A DNA stretch of 64,000 nucleotides from Beijerinckiaceae bacterium (GCA_035437025.1 DAOMXN010000001.1:2013-66012); one strand, 5' to 3'; positions 11,693-21,195 are shown, numbered from the stretch's first letter. Notes: generated from the letters alone by a model not told the origin. Numbers and translations: made by a program.

Positions 11693-12526
11693 CTACTCCA
11701 GAACTTCAACAGCCATCGGCCCCGTCAGGTGGAGCCGGGGTGTGGGCACCTGCGACACGACGCCACGCACCCGAAGCCGTTTACCTGAAAATGTGGCGGG
11801 ATCGAGCCCTTCCGCGCGCCAACGTGAAAGATCGCGGTTCCTGACCATGATGAACGGCGTGGCGGAGCGCGTGCCCTCGAAATTGACGAACGTCGCCGAC
11901 CGCCCGGTGCGCACGGAGCGCACGCGTGCCTCGAACACGGCCCGGCCCGACAGGGTCTGGCGCGCGACGACCCTCGATACTCGCATCGTTCGTCTGGACA
12001 GCGGCGACCACAGGCCCAGACCGGCAGCGCGGGCGGCATTCTCCGCGGCGAGCAACCGGGGCCTGCAGGGGTCCGTCGCCGCTTCAGGCCAGTGCCGGAC
12101 CAGTCCGAGAGCCACCAGGGTCTCCTGCACCCAGAGCGGTTGCGGCGGACCATCGGGGGTGGCCAGCACGAGATTGCCGGAAAGCCGGCCCCAGCGATCC
12201 GACTTGCCTGCGGAATCGACCCGGGCCTGCGTTCCGGCGGCGAGCCGCAGCAGCACCATCCGCAACCGGTCGCGCCAGCCCTGCCTGTCGGGCGATGGCC
12301 AGTCGATCCCCGACAGGCGAACGATCCGCCCGTCCGCCAGACTGACTTCCCCGGTCTGCGCTACCGCGATCACCGTCGATGCCGGCCCCATGGGAGCGGG
12401 ACAGGCCTGAAGCGGCAAGGCCAGCACGACCAGGGCGAGCGCCAAGAGAACAAGCGCACAGCGCTTTGACCGGGTGCCTGCGCTCCCGCTACTGTCTGTG
12501 CCGCACGCCACGCACAGGATTGCCAT
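11693..12526 (-). CDS. Thermonuclease (SNase)-like secreted protein; start codon uncertain
   Basis: Hydrophobic signal-like segment ALVLLALALVVLALPLQA. DGRIVRLSGIDWPSP and AENAARAAGLGLWSP resemble the SNase fold signature. 2-nt gap to the downstream M48 gene. Confidence 0.45.
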   Translation of the reverse strand: MAILCVACGTDSSGSAGTRSKRCALVLLALALVVLALPLQACPAPMGPASTVIAVAQTGEVSLADGRIVRLSGIDWPSPDRQGWRDRLRMVLLRLAAGTQARVDSAGKSDRWGRLSGNLVLATPDGPPQPLWVQETLVALGLVRHWPEAATDPCRPRLLAAENAARAAGLGLWSPLSRRTMRVSRVVARQTLSGRAVFEARVRSVRTGRSATFVNFEGTRSATPFIMVRNRDLSRWRAEGLDPATFSGKRLRVRGVVSQVPTPRLHLTGPMAVEVLE

Positions 12527-12528
12527 CC

Positions 12529-12984
12529 ATGACCTCGAACGCCCCCGCCGCGCCGCTCGCCCGCTATGCCGCCTGGAAACGCCGGGGGGACTTCATCTTC
12601 ATGTCCGGCATCATTGCGGTGGATCCGGCACTGGGCAAGGTGGTCATGGGATATGACGACATCCCGGTCGAAGCGCAGGCGCTTCTGGGAAGGACTGGCG
12701 AGATGTCGGTCGACGTCAAGGAGGGACCGATCCTGGCGCAAAGCTGGTACGTCCTCGACAAGATCCGCCAGACCATCGAGGGTTGCGGCGGCAGCATGGG
12801 CGACGTGTTCAAGCTCGTCCAGTACTTCCGCGATCTGCGCGACTATCCGCACTATAACCGCGTGCGCAAGCTGTTCTACCCGACCGACCCGCCGGTGAGC
12901 ACCGTGGTCGAGGTTTCGGCGATGTTGCCGAACGAACACATCCTGGTCGAAGTTGAGGCAACGGCATGGCTGCCATTGATTTAA
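12529..12984 (+). CDS. RidA/YjgF/endoribonuclease L-PSP family protein
   Basis: ATG at 12529, in frame with track ORF 12379. 151 aa: GDFIFMSGIIAVDP...VFKLVQYF...STVVEVSAL..LVEVEA, the typical RidA fold pattern. Confidence 0.75.
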   Translation: MTSNAPAAPLARYAAWKRRGDFIFMSGIIAVDPALGKVVMGYDDIPVEAQALLGRTGEMSVDVKEGPILAQSWYVLDKIRQTIEGCGGSMGDVFKLVQYFRDLRDYPHYNRVRKLFYPTDPPVSTVVEVSAMLPNEHILVEVEATAWLPLI

Positions 12985-13135
12985 ATCAAAACCGTATTTG
13001 CCTACCTGCGGCAATGACGTGTGACGTTTCTCAAGTTGAAACGCACAAGCCAGAGCCTGCCGGCCCCAACGCCTGAGGGGGACGCTAAGCCGACATCGCT
13101 CCATCAGAAGACCAGAAACTCTCATTGGGGCTGTC

Positions 13136-13813
13136 ATGAAGCGTGTCCTCCTCGCCGCCGCAAGCGCTGCGGCTCTCCTCGGTTCTCAGGCCTTCGCGGC
13201 GGATGCGCCGATGAAGCCTGGCGCGATGCCAATCGAAGCGTTCAATCCCTGGATGGTGCGTCTGCGCGCCCTTGCGGTCGTTCCGCAGGAGGACGCCAGC
13301 CTGAGCACCGCCGCCGGACCGATCATTGGCGGCAAGGTCGGGATTTCCAACTCGGTCGTTCCCGAGCTCGACATCACCTACTTCTTCAATCGGAACTTTG
13401 CTGTGGAACTGATCCTCGGTACCACGCCGCACAAGGTGAAGGGCGCGGGCGCCCTTGCGGGTGTTGGCCCGATCGGTCGCGCCTGGTTGCTGCCCCCGAC
13501 GCTGACCGCTCAGTATCACTTCTACCTGACCGACTCGATCAAGCCGTATGTCGGCGCGGGCATCAACTACACGATCTTCTACAATGAGAAGTCATCCGGC
13601 GTGTTCACCGGAACCAAGTTCGATCTCAAGGATACGTTCGGCCTGGCCGTGCAGGCCGGCGTCGACATCATGATCAACAAGAACTGGGGCTTCAACGTCG
13701 ACGTGAAGAAGATTTGGCTTGAGCCGAATGTCAGCGTCGGCAGCGGCGCTGTGACCGGGAAGGTCAAGATCGACCCCTGGCTGATCGGCGCGGGCATTAC
13801 CTACAAGTTCTGA
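13136..13813 (+). CDS. ompW: OmpW-family outer-membrane protein
   Basis: Signal peptide MKRVLLAAASAAALLGSQAFA, beta-barrel pattern, C-terminal GAGITYKF. Confidence 0.85.
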   Translation: MKRVLLAAASAAALLGSQAFAADAPMKPGAMPIEAFNPWMVRLRALAVVPQEDASLSTAAGPIIGGKVGISNSVVPELDITYFFNRNFAVELILGTTPHKVKGAGALAGVGPIGRAWLLPPTLTAQYHFYLTDSIKPYVGAGINYTIFYNEKSSGVFTGTKFDLKDTFGLAVQAGVDIMINKNWGFNVDVKKIWLEPNVSVGSGAVTGKVKIDPWLIGAGITYKF

Positions 13814-13835
13814 CCCGACCGTGATCATCCCTCTC

Positions 13836-13866
13836 GAAGGCCGCCTCAGGGCGGCCTTCTTGCTTT
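13836..13866. terminator. Hairpin terminator between convergent ompW and the deaminase-like gene
   Basis: GAAGGCCGCC (13836-13845), TCAG loop, GGCGGCCTTC (13850-13859), then TTGCTTT. Confidence 0.55.
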
Positions 13867-13879
13867 GGCTGCCGCAAGA

Positions 13880-15202
13880 TCAGGAGCGGGCGAGGACCGG
13901 ATCTAGTTCGCGATAGTCCGGCAAGGATCGGTCGATGGGCTTGCCACGGCGCAAGACGGTGCGATCTGACTGTGGACGCGACAGCAGTTCGCTCCAGTGT
14001 CTTGCCCGGAACAGGACGAGGTCCGCCGGGGCGCCGACCCCCAGATCAACGCCCCCTCCCAGGAAGCTGGCGGGCGTCCGCGTCACCGTCCTGATCCAGT
14101 CTGGCGCAGAATGATCGAAATGCAGGATGCGCGTTGCTTCGCGATAGACTTCGAGGACATCGAGATCGCCATAGGCATAGAACGGATCGCGCGTGTTGTC
14201 TGAGGCGACCATCACCTCGATGCCGCGCGCCTTCATTTCATGCAGCAGCGTGACGCCGCGCCGTCGCGGCGTGCGGCCCGGCACGCGGTCCTGCAGGTAC
14301 ATGTTGCACATCGGCAGCGACACCACAGCGATGCCGGCGCGCGCCATCAAGTCCATCGTGCGGTCGGCCTCGTCCTCGGCCTGCATCGACAGCGAACAGC
14401 AATGTCCAACCAGTATGCGTCCGGGAAACCACAGGCTCAACGCCATTTCCGCGATGACGCGCAGGGATTCAGCCGTCGGATCGAGCGTCTCGTCGACATG
14501 GAAATCAAGATCCCAGCCCTTTTCCCGCGCGAGCAGGAACAACCGCTCTAGCCCTGGCCGCAGCGCCGGGCCCATGTAGGTGACAGCGCCCATCACATGC
14601 CCATGTCGGTCCACCATGTCGGAGACCTCGGCCATATGCGCATCGTCGAGCGCGAGCTCAATGCCGAAGAGCGGCGATGCGTCCAGTGCGATCCGTCCCG
14701 CCCATGTCTCGCGCATTGCCGCGAACACGGGCCACGAGATTGCGGTCTGCCCTGGACGCGAGTCGATATGCGTGCGGATTGCCGAGGTGCCGTGCGCATA
14801 GGCGCAGCGCAGCGAGAACTCCATGCGGGCAGCCACGTCTTCTGCGGTCCAACTCGCCTGCCGGTCCGCCAGGACCGCATTGAGCGCACCCATGAACGTG
14901 CCGTCGGGATTGGGCCGGCGCGGCCAGATGTGCCCCTTGTCCAGATGCGTGTGCACATCGGCAAAGCACGGCAGGATCATGCCCTGGTCGAGATCGAGGG
15001 TCGGGGTCGTGCCGTCCGCAGGCTCCACACCCGCAGCGACGATGGATGCGATCTTGCCTTCGGCCAGGACCAAGTCGCACCGCGCCAGTCCATCGGGCGT
15101 TGCCAGCAGCAGCTGCCCGGACTGAACCAGGCAGGCCGGAAGGGTGGCGTTGACGATGCGAAGCCGCGCGGCATGCGGCACCTTTGCGAACCCGGCCGTC
15201 AC
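13880..15202 (-). CDS. Amidohydrolase-superfamily deaminase, cytosine deaminase (CodA)-like
   Basis: 440 aa with the HxH metal motif in CFADVHTHLDKGH. Overall amidohydrolase pattern. Last gene of the ABC importer operon, 1 nt after the permease stop. Confidence 0.65.
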   Translation of the reverse strand: MTAGFAKVPHAARLRIVNATLPACLVQSGQLLLATPDGLARCDLVLAEGKIASIVAAGVEPADGTTPTLDLDQGMILPCFADVHTHLDKGHIWPRRPNPDGTFMGALNAVLADRQASWTAEDVAARMEFSLRCAYAHGTSAIRTHIDSRPGQTAISWPVFAAMRETWAGRIALDASPLFGIELALDDAHMAEVSDMVDRHGHVMGAVTYMGPALRPGLERLFLLAREKGWDLDFHVDETLDPTAESLRVIAEMALSLWFPGRILVGHCCSLSMQAEDEADRTMDLMARAGIAVVSLPMCNMYLQDRVPGRTPRRRGVTLLHEMKARGIEVMVASDNTRDPFYAYGDLDVLEVYREATRILHFDHSAPDWIRTVTRTPASFLGGGVDLGVGAPADLVLFRARHWSELLSRPQSDRTVLRRGKPIDRSLPDYRELDPVLARS

Positions 15203-15203
15203 G

Positions 15204-16085
15204 TCAGTTCTCCCGCTTCACGGCGCTTTCGTGCCAGTGCCGCAGCAAGAGGTGCGTAACCCAGCTGATGATCAGGAAGATGGCGATCCCGGTCATCGAG
15301 ATGACCAGCAGGGCAGCGAACATGCGCGGAATCTTGAGCTGATAGCCCGATTCCAGAATGCGATAGGCCAACCCCGAAGCGGACCCGCCGGTTCCCGCCA
15401 CGAACTCGGCCACCACCGCGCCGATCAGCGCAAGCCCGCCGGAGATGCGCAGACCGCCGAGGAAATACGGCAACGCCGCCGGCAGCTTCAGATAGCGCAG
15501 CGTCTGCCACCGCGAGGCGCCGTACATCTGGAACAGGTTGATCAGGTTGTGATCGGCCGAGTTGAGGCCGAGGATCGTGTTGGAAAGGATCGGGAAGAAG
15601 GCCACGATCCAGGCGCAGATCAGGAGCGACAGCGTGACGTTGTTGTCGGTCCAGATAATGATGAGGGGCGCGATCGAGACGACCGGCGTCACCTGCAGGA
15701 TCACCGCATAGGGCAGCAACGATTTTTCCAGCCACTTCGACTGGGTGAACAGTACGGCGAGCGTCACGCCGAAGAACACCGCAGCAGCCAGAGCCTGAAG
15801 GGTGATGGTCAGCGTCACCTGCAGGGACGTCGCCAGCAGGGCCCAGTCGGCGACGAGGGTCTGGCCGATCAGTTTCGGCCCCGGCAGGACGTAGTTCGGA
15901 ATCTGGTAGGCGTTGACCGCCCATTCCCAGGCGAACAGCGCCAGAATGCCGATGCCAAGGGGCGCCAGGATGCCGGGCCAGGTCGAGGCAGCAAGACCGA
16001 GAATCTTGCGCTCTTCGGCAAAGACCGGGCGGGCTTCGGCGTCGGTTCCGTCATGCGGGACGGAGGGCAGCGAGGGAGCGCTCAT
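15204..16085 (-). CDS. ABC transporter permease (NitT/TauT-type)
   Basis: Start at ATG 16085 (MSAPSLPS...), within the longer track ORF. Multi-TM BPD-type permease. ATGA overlap with the ATPase stop. Confidence 0.8.
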   Translation of the reverse strand: MSAPSLPSVPHDGTDAEARPVFAEERKILGLAASTWPGILAPLGIGILALFAWEWAVNAYQIPNYVLPGPKLIGQTLVADWALLATSLQVTLTITLQALAAAVFFGVTLAVLFTQSKWLEKSLLPYAVILQVTPVVSIAPLIIIWTDNNVTLSLLICAWIVAFFPILSNTILGLNSADHNLINLFQMYGASRWQTLRYLKLPAALPYFLGGLRISGGLALIGAVVAEFVAGTGGSASGLAYRILESGYQLKIPRMFAALLVISMTGIAIFLIISWVTHLLLRHWHESAVKREN

Positions 16086-16864
16086 AGGGCAATCGCCTTC
16101 TTCAGGCTGTCCGAAGCGATGCGGCACAACTGCGCATAGTCGGCCGAGGTGCGGAACTGATCGTCGCGCGGATAGGGACCACCCACGGCAAGGTCCGCCA
16201 TGACCCGACCCGGGCGCGCCGCCATGACCACGATGCGCTGCGAAAGATAGACACTTTCGAACACCGAATGCGTGACGAAAACCGCCGTGAACCGGCGCTC
16301 CCACCACAGTTTCAAGAGATCGTCGTTGAGCCGGTGGCGGGTGATCTCGTCCAGCGCCGCGAATGGCTCGTCCATCAGCAGGATTTCCGGCCGGGTGACG
16401 AGCGCGCGGGCGATGGAAACGCGCATCTTCATGCCACCGGACAATTCGCGCGGATAGGACTTCTCGAACCCCTTGAGGCCGACCAGCGCGAGCATTTCCG
16501 CCGACCGCGCTTCCGCGTCCGCCCGGGCGACGCCCTTCAACTTCAACGGCAGCATGACGTTGCCGAGGGCATTCGCCCACGGCATCAGCGTTGGATCCTG
16601 GAAGACAAAACCCAGTTCATGGTCGACCGACGGCCAGTCAATAGTCCCCGCGCTCGGGGAACCGAGGCCGGCCAGCATGCGCAACAGGGTGGACTTGCCG
16701 CAGCCCGAAGGCCCGAGCAGCGACAGGAACTCGCCGTGCCTCAAGTCCAGGTTTACGTCATGGACGGCCAGCGTTCCGTTGGCGAACTGCTTGGAAACGC
16801 CACGAATGGAGCAGACGACAGGCGCGGCCTTCGTCGCGCCTTCCTTTGTCGCAATGTCGGTCAA
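16082..16864 (-). CDS. ABC transporter ATP-binding protein (NitT/TauT-type)
   Basis: Walker [10 protein letters not shown], signature LSGGMKMRV, Walker B ILLMDEPF. Confidence 0.9.
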   Translation of the reverse strand: MTDIATKEGATKAAPVVCSIRGVSKQFANGTLAVHDVNLDLRHGEFLSLLGPSGCGKSTLLRMLAGLGSPSAGTIDWPSVDHELGFVFQDPTLMPWANALGNVMLPLKLKGVARADAEARSAEMLALVGLKGFEKSYPRELSGGMKMRVSIARALVTRPEILLMDEPFAALDEITRHRLNDDLLKLWWERRFTAVFVTHSVFESVYLSQRIVVMAARPGRVMADLAVGGPYPRDDQFRTSADYAQLCRIASDSLKKAIAL

Positions 16865-16869
16865 GTCGG

Positions 16870-17901
16870 TCAGGCCTTCCCGATACCCTTGTTGACGAAG
16901 GCGAGGCTGTAGGCCTTGGTGATGTCGAGCCCCTTGGGGAAGACGTCGACAGCCGCCATGGTCTCGTAGAAGCGCTTCCAGCGCGCGTCCGTCATGGCGC
17001 CGACGCCGAGCGTCAGGGCATCGCCGGACTGGATGATGCCGCGCTCGTTCATCACCTTGACCGCGTATTCGATCTTCTCGTCGTCCATTTCCGGATTGTC
17101 TTTTTTGATCAGATCGTTGGCGGCCTTGAAGTATTCCCCCTTCTTCATATAGGCGGCCCAGCTCTCGAAGGTCGCATCACAGAAGCGCTGCACCACGTCC
17201 TTCTTCTCCTCGACCATCTTCCGGGAGATGTTGATGGTCGTGTTGTAATTCTCAAAGCCGGCGTCGGCGATGAGATGCACAACCGGGTTCACCCCGCCCT
17301 TCTGGATGGCGAAGGGCTCCGAGGACAGGAAGCCTTGCTGCGACAGGTTCTTGTCGGCCAGGAAAGGTGCCATGTTGAACGTGTAGGGGCGAATCTGATC
17401 GTCGGCATAGCCGAACTTCGCCCGGAGGAACGGCCAGTACGACGTGCGGCCCACCGCGCCGATGAGGATCGGCTTGCCCTTCAGCGCCGCAAGCGAATCA
17501 TGCCCCATGTTGGGGTGCGAGATCAGCACCTGCGGGTCCTTCTGGAAGATGGAGGCGATGCACAGGAAAGGCAGGTTCTCCTGCACATAGCGGATGGCAT
17601 CGAAGGAGTTCGACATGATCATGTCGACGCGCCCGGCCAGCAGCAGCTGCGACGGGCTCATCTGCGGCCCGCCCATGCGGATGTCCGCGTCGATGCCGTA
17701 CTTCTTGTAGATGCCCGAGGCGACGCCGTAATAGAAACCGCCGTGTTCGGCCTGAGCGCGCCAGTTCGTCTGGTAGCTGACCTTGTCGAGCGTCTGAGCG
17801 TTCACCTTCGCTCCCGGCATGGGAATCAGAGTGGATGCGGCGCTGCCACCAATCAGGCCAAGCGCAGCGCGGCGATTGAGGCGATACTTCATCATGGTCA
17901 T
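16870..17901 (-). CDS. ABC transporter substrate-binding protein, NMT1/THI5-like
   Basis: Signal region RRAALGLIGGSAAST followed by an NMT1/THI5-like body (YQTNWRAQAEHGGFYYGV...). ATG 17901 was chosen. An upstream in-frame start at 17934 is also possible. Confidence 0.75.
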   Translation of the reverse strand: MTMMKYRLNRRAALGLIGGSAASTLIPMPGAKVNAQTLDKVSYQTNWRAQAEHGGFYYGVASGIYKKYGIDADIRMGGPQMSPSQLLLAGRVDMIMSNSFDAIRYVQENLPFLCIASIFQKDPQVLISHPNMGHDSLAALKGKPILIGAVGRTSYWPFLRAKFGYADDQIRPYTFNMAPFLADKNLSQQGFLSSEPFAIQKGGVNPVVHLIADAGFENYNTTINISRKMVEEKKDVVQRFCDATFESWAAYMKKGEYFKAANDLIKKDNPEMDDEKIEYAVKVMNERGIIQSGDALTLGVGAMTDARWKRFYETMAAVDVFPKGLDITKAYSLAFVNKGIGKA

Positions 17902-18146
17902 GGTTGGTCCCCTCGTACTGGCCAATGCGAGCACCGGAATGCAACCGGCGTGCCGGCACGCATCCCCTCCCGGTCCCGTTCTTAGACGATCTCGCGATCA
18001 AGTCATAGCCGCGCTGCCCAGGCGGAAGGCAAAAGGCCCACGAAATCCACAAAACGGATGCGGGGCACCGGGTATTGTCGCGCAATGGTATTGCTGGCCT
18101 GCCACGTGCTTCGTATGGTCCCCACCGCACAGTCAGGAGAGCCGAG

Positions 18147-19514
18147 ATGAACCGCCCGGAACGTATCGATGCCGCACCTGCCTACGACATCGACGCCCTG
18201 ATCGCCGAGCTGAAGGACATTCCCCACGAAACCGAACGGACCAGCGTGCGCCGCCGCTCGCGCGACTTCTTCTGGTATTCGCCCGTCCTCAACCGGCAGC
18301 TGCATGGTCTTGCGGCGGACGTCATCTTCATGCCGCGCGACGAGAAGGACGTGGTCGCGATCGCCGGGGCCTGCGCCCGCAGGCGCATCCCGGTGACGCC
18401 GCGCGGCGGCGCGACCGGCAATTACGGACAGGCCGTGCCGCTGAAAGGCGGCGTGCTTTTGGACATGAACGGCCTCAACAAGGTGCTGTGGCACAAACCA
18501 GGCGTGGTGCGGGCACAGGCCGGCGCGATGCTGCACGAAATCGACTATCTGACCCGGCCATCAGGCTGGGAATTGAGGCTGCACCCCTCAACCAAACGGA
18601 TGGCGACCATCGGCGGTTTCGTGGCCGGCGGCTCGGGCGGCATCGGCTCGGTAACCTATGGCGGCCTGCGCGAACCCGGCAATGTGATGGGCGCTCGCAT
18701 CGTGACCGTCGAGGAGACGCCGCGCGTCCTCGAACTGCGGGCCGATGCGGCGCAGAAGATCAACCGCGCCTATGGCACGACCGGCATCATCGTCGAGCTT
18801 GAGATGCCGCTCGCGCCGGCCTGGACCTGGGTCGATCTGATCGTCGGTTGCGAGGATTTCGAGACCGCGATGCAGGTCGGCTACGACGTGGCCCATGCCG
18901 ACGGCATCGTGAAGAAGGTCGTGACGCTGCTCGATACGCCGATCCCTGACTATTTCGGTCCGATCGCCGCGCAGTGTCCGAAAGGCAAGCCGGTGCTGAT
19001 CTGCATGATCGCCGAACCGTTCGTCGAGTATTTCAAGGCGCTGGTCGGAGCGCGCGGCACGGTGACCTACGAGCAGGTTTCGGACGACACGCCCGGATCG
19101 GTTCCCCTGTACGAATACACTTGGAACCACTCGACGCTGCAGTGGCTCAAGACGGACCGCTCGATTACCTACCTGCAAAACCTCTATCCGCATGACCGGC
19201 TGTTCGAGAGCGTGCGGCAGATGCGCGACATGTTCCTCGGCGAGGTGCACTATCACCTCGAATTCATCCGCTATGCTGGCAAGCTCTCCTGCTCGGCGCT
19301 GCCGATCGTGCGCTATACCACCGAGGAGCGACTCAACGAGATCATTGCCCTGCATGAGCAGCATGGCGTGATGATCGCCAATCCGCATGTCTACACGCTG
19401 GAGGAAGGCAGCCGGCACAAGTGGGTCGACGCCGACCAGATGAACTTCAAACACAACACCGATCCGCTTGGGCTGCTCAATCCGGGCAAGATGAAGAGTT
19501 TCGTGCCGCGCTGA
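18147..19514 (+). CDS. FAD-binding (PCMH/FAD_binding_4-type) oxidoreductase
   Basis: ATG 18147 preceded by AGGAGA. VTPRGGATGNYGQAVP is an FAD-binding motif. 455 aa. Confidence 0.75.
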   Translation: MNRPERIDAAPAYDIDALIAELKDIPHETERTSVRRRSRDFFWYSPVLNRQLHGLAADVIFMPRDEKDVVAIAGACARRRIPVTPRGGATGNYGQAVPLKGGVLLDMNGLNKVLWHKPGVVRAQAGAMLHEIDYLTRPSGWELRLHPSTKRMATIGGFVAGGSGGIGSVTYGGLREPGNVMGARIVTVEETPRVLELRADAAQKINRAYGTTGIIVELEMPLAPAWTWVDLIVGCEDFETAMQVGYDVAHADGIVKKVVTLLDTPIPDYFGPIAAQCPKGKPVLICMIAEPFVEYFKALVGARGTVTYEQVSDDTPGSVPLYEYTWNHSTLQWLKTDRSITYLQNLYPHDRLFESVRQMRDMFLGEVHYHLEFIRYAGKLSCSALPIVRYTTEERLNEIIALHEQHGVMIANPHVYTLEEGSRHKWVDADQMNFKHNTDPLGLLNPGKMKSFVPR

Positions 19515-19518
19515 ACCC

Positions 19519-20103
19519 ATGCGTGTCCTTTATCTTTACGCCCATCCTGTTCCGGAAAGCTTCCACGGCGCGATCCGCGCCGAGGCACTCGCCGGCCTTG
19601 CCGCCGCCGGGCACGAGGTCGACCTGATCGACCTCTACGCGGACGGTTTCGATCCGGTGATCACCGCCGACCAGAGACGCTGCTACCACGACACCACGCG
19701 CAACCGCGCCGGCATGGAAGACTACATCGACCGCCTCAACCGGGCGCAAGCGCTGGTGGTGCAGTTCCCGACCTGGACCTTCGGGCCTCCCGCGATTCTC
19801 AAGGGGTTCTTCGACCGGATCATGATCCCCGGCGTCGCCTTCGACCTGAGCGATCCGGCCAATGTCAGGCCCCTGCTCGGCCATATCCGCCGCATCCACG
19901 GCATCGTCACCTATGGCCGGCAGCGCTGGGTGGCGCTGGTGGTGGGCGACGGTCCGCGCAATACCGTGACACGCTATCTGCGCCGCCTGATCGGCTGGCG
20001 CGCGAGAACGGGCTATGACGCCCTCTACCACATGAACGTGGCGACGGATGCCGACCGGAAGCATTTTCTGGCCCGCGTGCGTCGCTCGATGGAAAACCTG
20101 TGA
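19519..20103 (+). CDS. Flavodoxin-like fold NAD(P)H-dependent oxidoreductase (quinone reductase-like)
   Basis: MRVLYLYAHPVPESF...LVVQFPTWTFGPPAILKGFFDR is typical of the Flavodoxin_2 / NAD(P)H dehydrogenase (quinone) family. Confidence 0.7.
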   Translation: MRVLYLYAHPVPESFHGAIRAEALAGLAAAGHEVDLIDLYADGFDPVITADQRRCYHDTTRNRAGMEDYIDRLNRAQALVVQFPTWTFGPPAILKGFFDRIMIPGVAFDLSDPANVRPLLGHIRRIHGIVTYGRQRWVALVVGDGPRNTVTRYLRRLIGWRARTGYDALYHMNVATDADRKHFLARVRRSMENL

Positions 20104-20115
20104 CTGGATCAGCCG

Positions 20116-20904
20116 ATGCGCAAGCTCTTCTGGGGTGACCTGACAACCGAGGATTTTCGCAGCCTCGATCCGGAAAAGACCATCGCGGTGATGCCGATCG
20201 CCGCGATTGAGCAGCACGGACCCCACCTGCCGGTCGGCGTCGATACCGAGATCGCCAACGGCATGATCCGCGAGACGATCCGCCTGCTGCCGGAGGATAT
20301 GGCGATCCTGATTCTTCCGACGCAATGCGTCGGCAAGTCGAACGAGCACATCCGCTCGCCCGGCACGCTCACCCTGACCGCCGAGACGGCGATTCGCGCC
20401 TGGACGGAGATCGGCGAGAGCGTGCAGCGCGCCGGCATCCGTAAACTGGTGATGGTCAATTCCCACGGCGGCAATGTTGATTGCATCGGCATCGTCGCGC
20501 GCGAATTGCGCGTGCGGTTCCAGATGCTCGCGGTGCACTGCGCCTGGAGCCGGTTTGGCGCTCCGGACGGCATGTTCGGCGAGACGGAGAACGCCGTCGG
20601 CATTCACGCCGGCGACAAGGAAACCTCGCTCATGCTCCATTTCCGCCCGGACCTGGTGAAGATGGACAAGGCGCAGAACTTCGCGCCGACGACGATCGAG
20701 ATCGCGACGAGCTTTTCGCTCCTGCGACCCACGGGATTTACCGCCTTCGGCTGGCTGGCACAGGACCTGCACCCTTCGGGCGCGGCCGGGGACGCGTCCC
20801 GCGCCACCGCCGAAAAGGGGCGCGCGCTCGCCGAATACGAGGCCCGGAAGTTCATCGAACTGCTGCGCGACGTGGAACGCTTCTCGCTGGCCCGCCTTGC
20901 CTGA
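20116..20904 (+). CDS. Creatininase (creatinine amidohydrolase) family protein
   Basis: AVMPIAAIEQHGPHLPVGVD and NSHGGN metal-binding motifs of the creatininase family. Confidence 0.75.
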   Translation: MRKLFWGDLTTEDFRSLDPEKTIAVMPIAAIEQHGPHLPVGVDTEIANGMIRETIRLLPEDMAILILPTQCVGKSNEHIRSPGTLTLTAETAIRAWTEIGESVQRAGIRKLVMVNSHGGNVDCIGIVARELRVRFQMLAVHCAWSRFGAPDGMFGETENAVGIHAGDKETSLMLHFRPDLVKMDKAQNFAPTTIEIATSFSLLRPTGFTAFGWLAQDLHPSGAAGDASRATAEKGRALAEYEARKFIELLRDVERFSLARLA

Positions 20905-20963
20905 GCCTGCCAAAACTCGGTGCTTCTCAAAGCCCCGGCAAGCGGTGTATCACGGCGTCATGC

Positions 20964-21040
20964 GGTTCCGTAGCTCAGCAGGATAGAGCAGCGGTTTCCT
21001 AAACCGAAGGTCACAGGTTCGAATCCTGTCGGGACCGCCA
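20964..21040 (+). tRNA. tRNA-Arg (anticodon CCT)
   Basis: 77 nt. Acceptor GGTTCCG pairs with CGGGACC. D-arm TAGCTCAGCAGGATAGAGCA. Anticodon loop TTCCTAA. T-arm ACAGGTTCGAATCCTGT. Encoded CCA. Confidence 0.9.
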
Positions 21041-21195
21041 GCGCATCTCTATTTATTTGATTTTACTTCTATTTTAGGAGATTTTCCGAACTTTTTGACC
21101 CTGGTCAGGGGCAGCTTCGTTCGCGGTACGACCCTTCCCTCGACTGACTGCTGATCGAGCCAGGCCCGCTTGATCGGCCTCGCGTGTATAGCGCT

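Noticed and set aside
17902-18146. Possible TPP riboswitch upstream of the NMT1/THI5-like binding-protein gene
   Set aside because: I read the minus-strand leader. It lacks the conserved CUGAGA and ACCUGAUCUGGAUAAUGCCAGCG-type elements. Only GC-rich palindromes are present.
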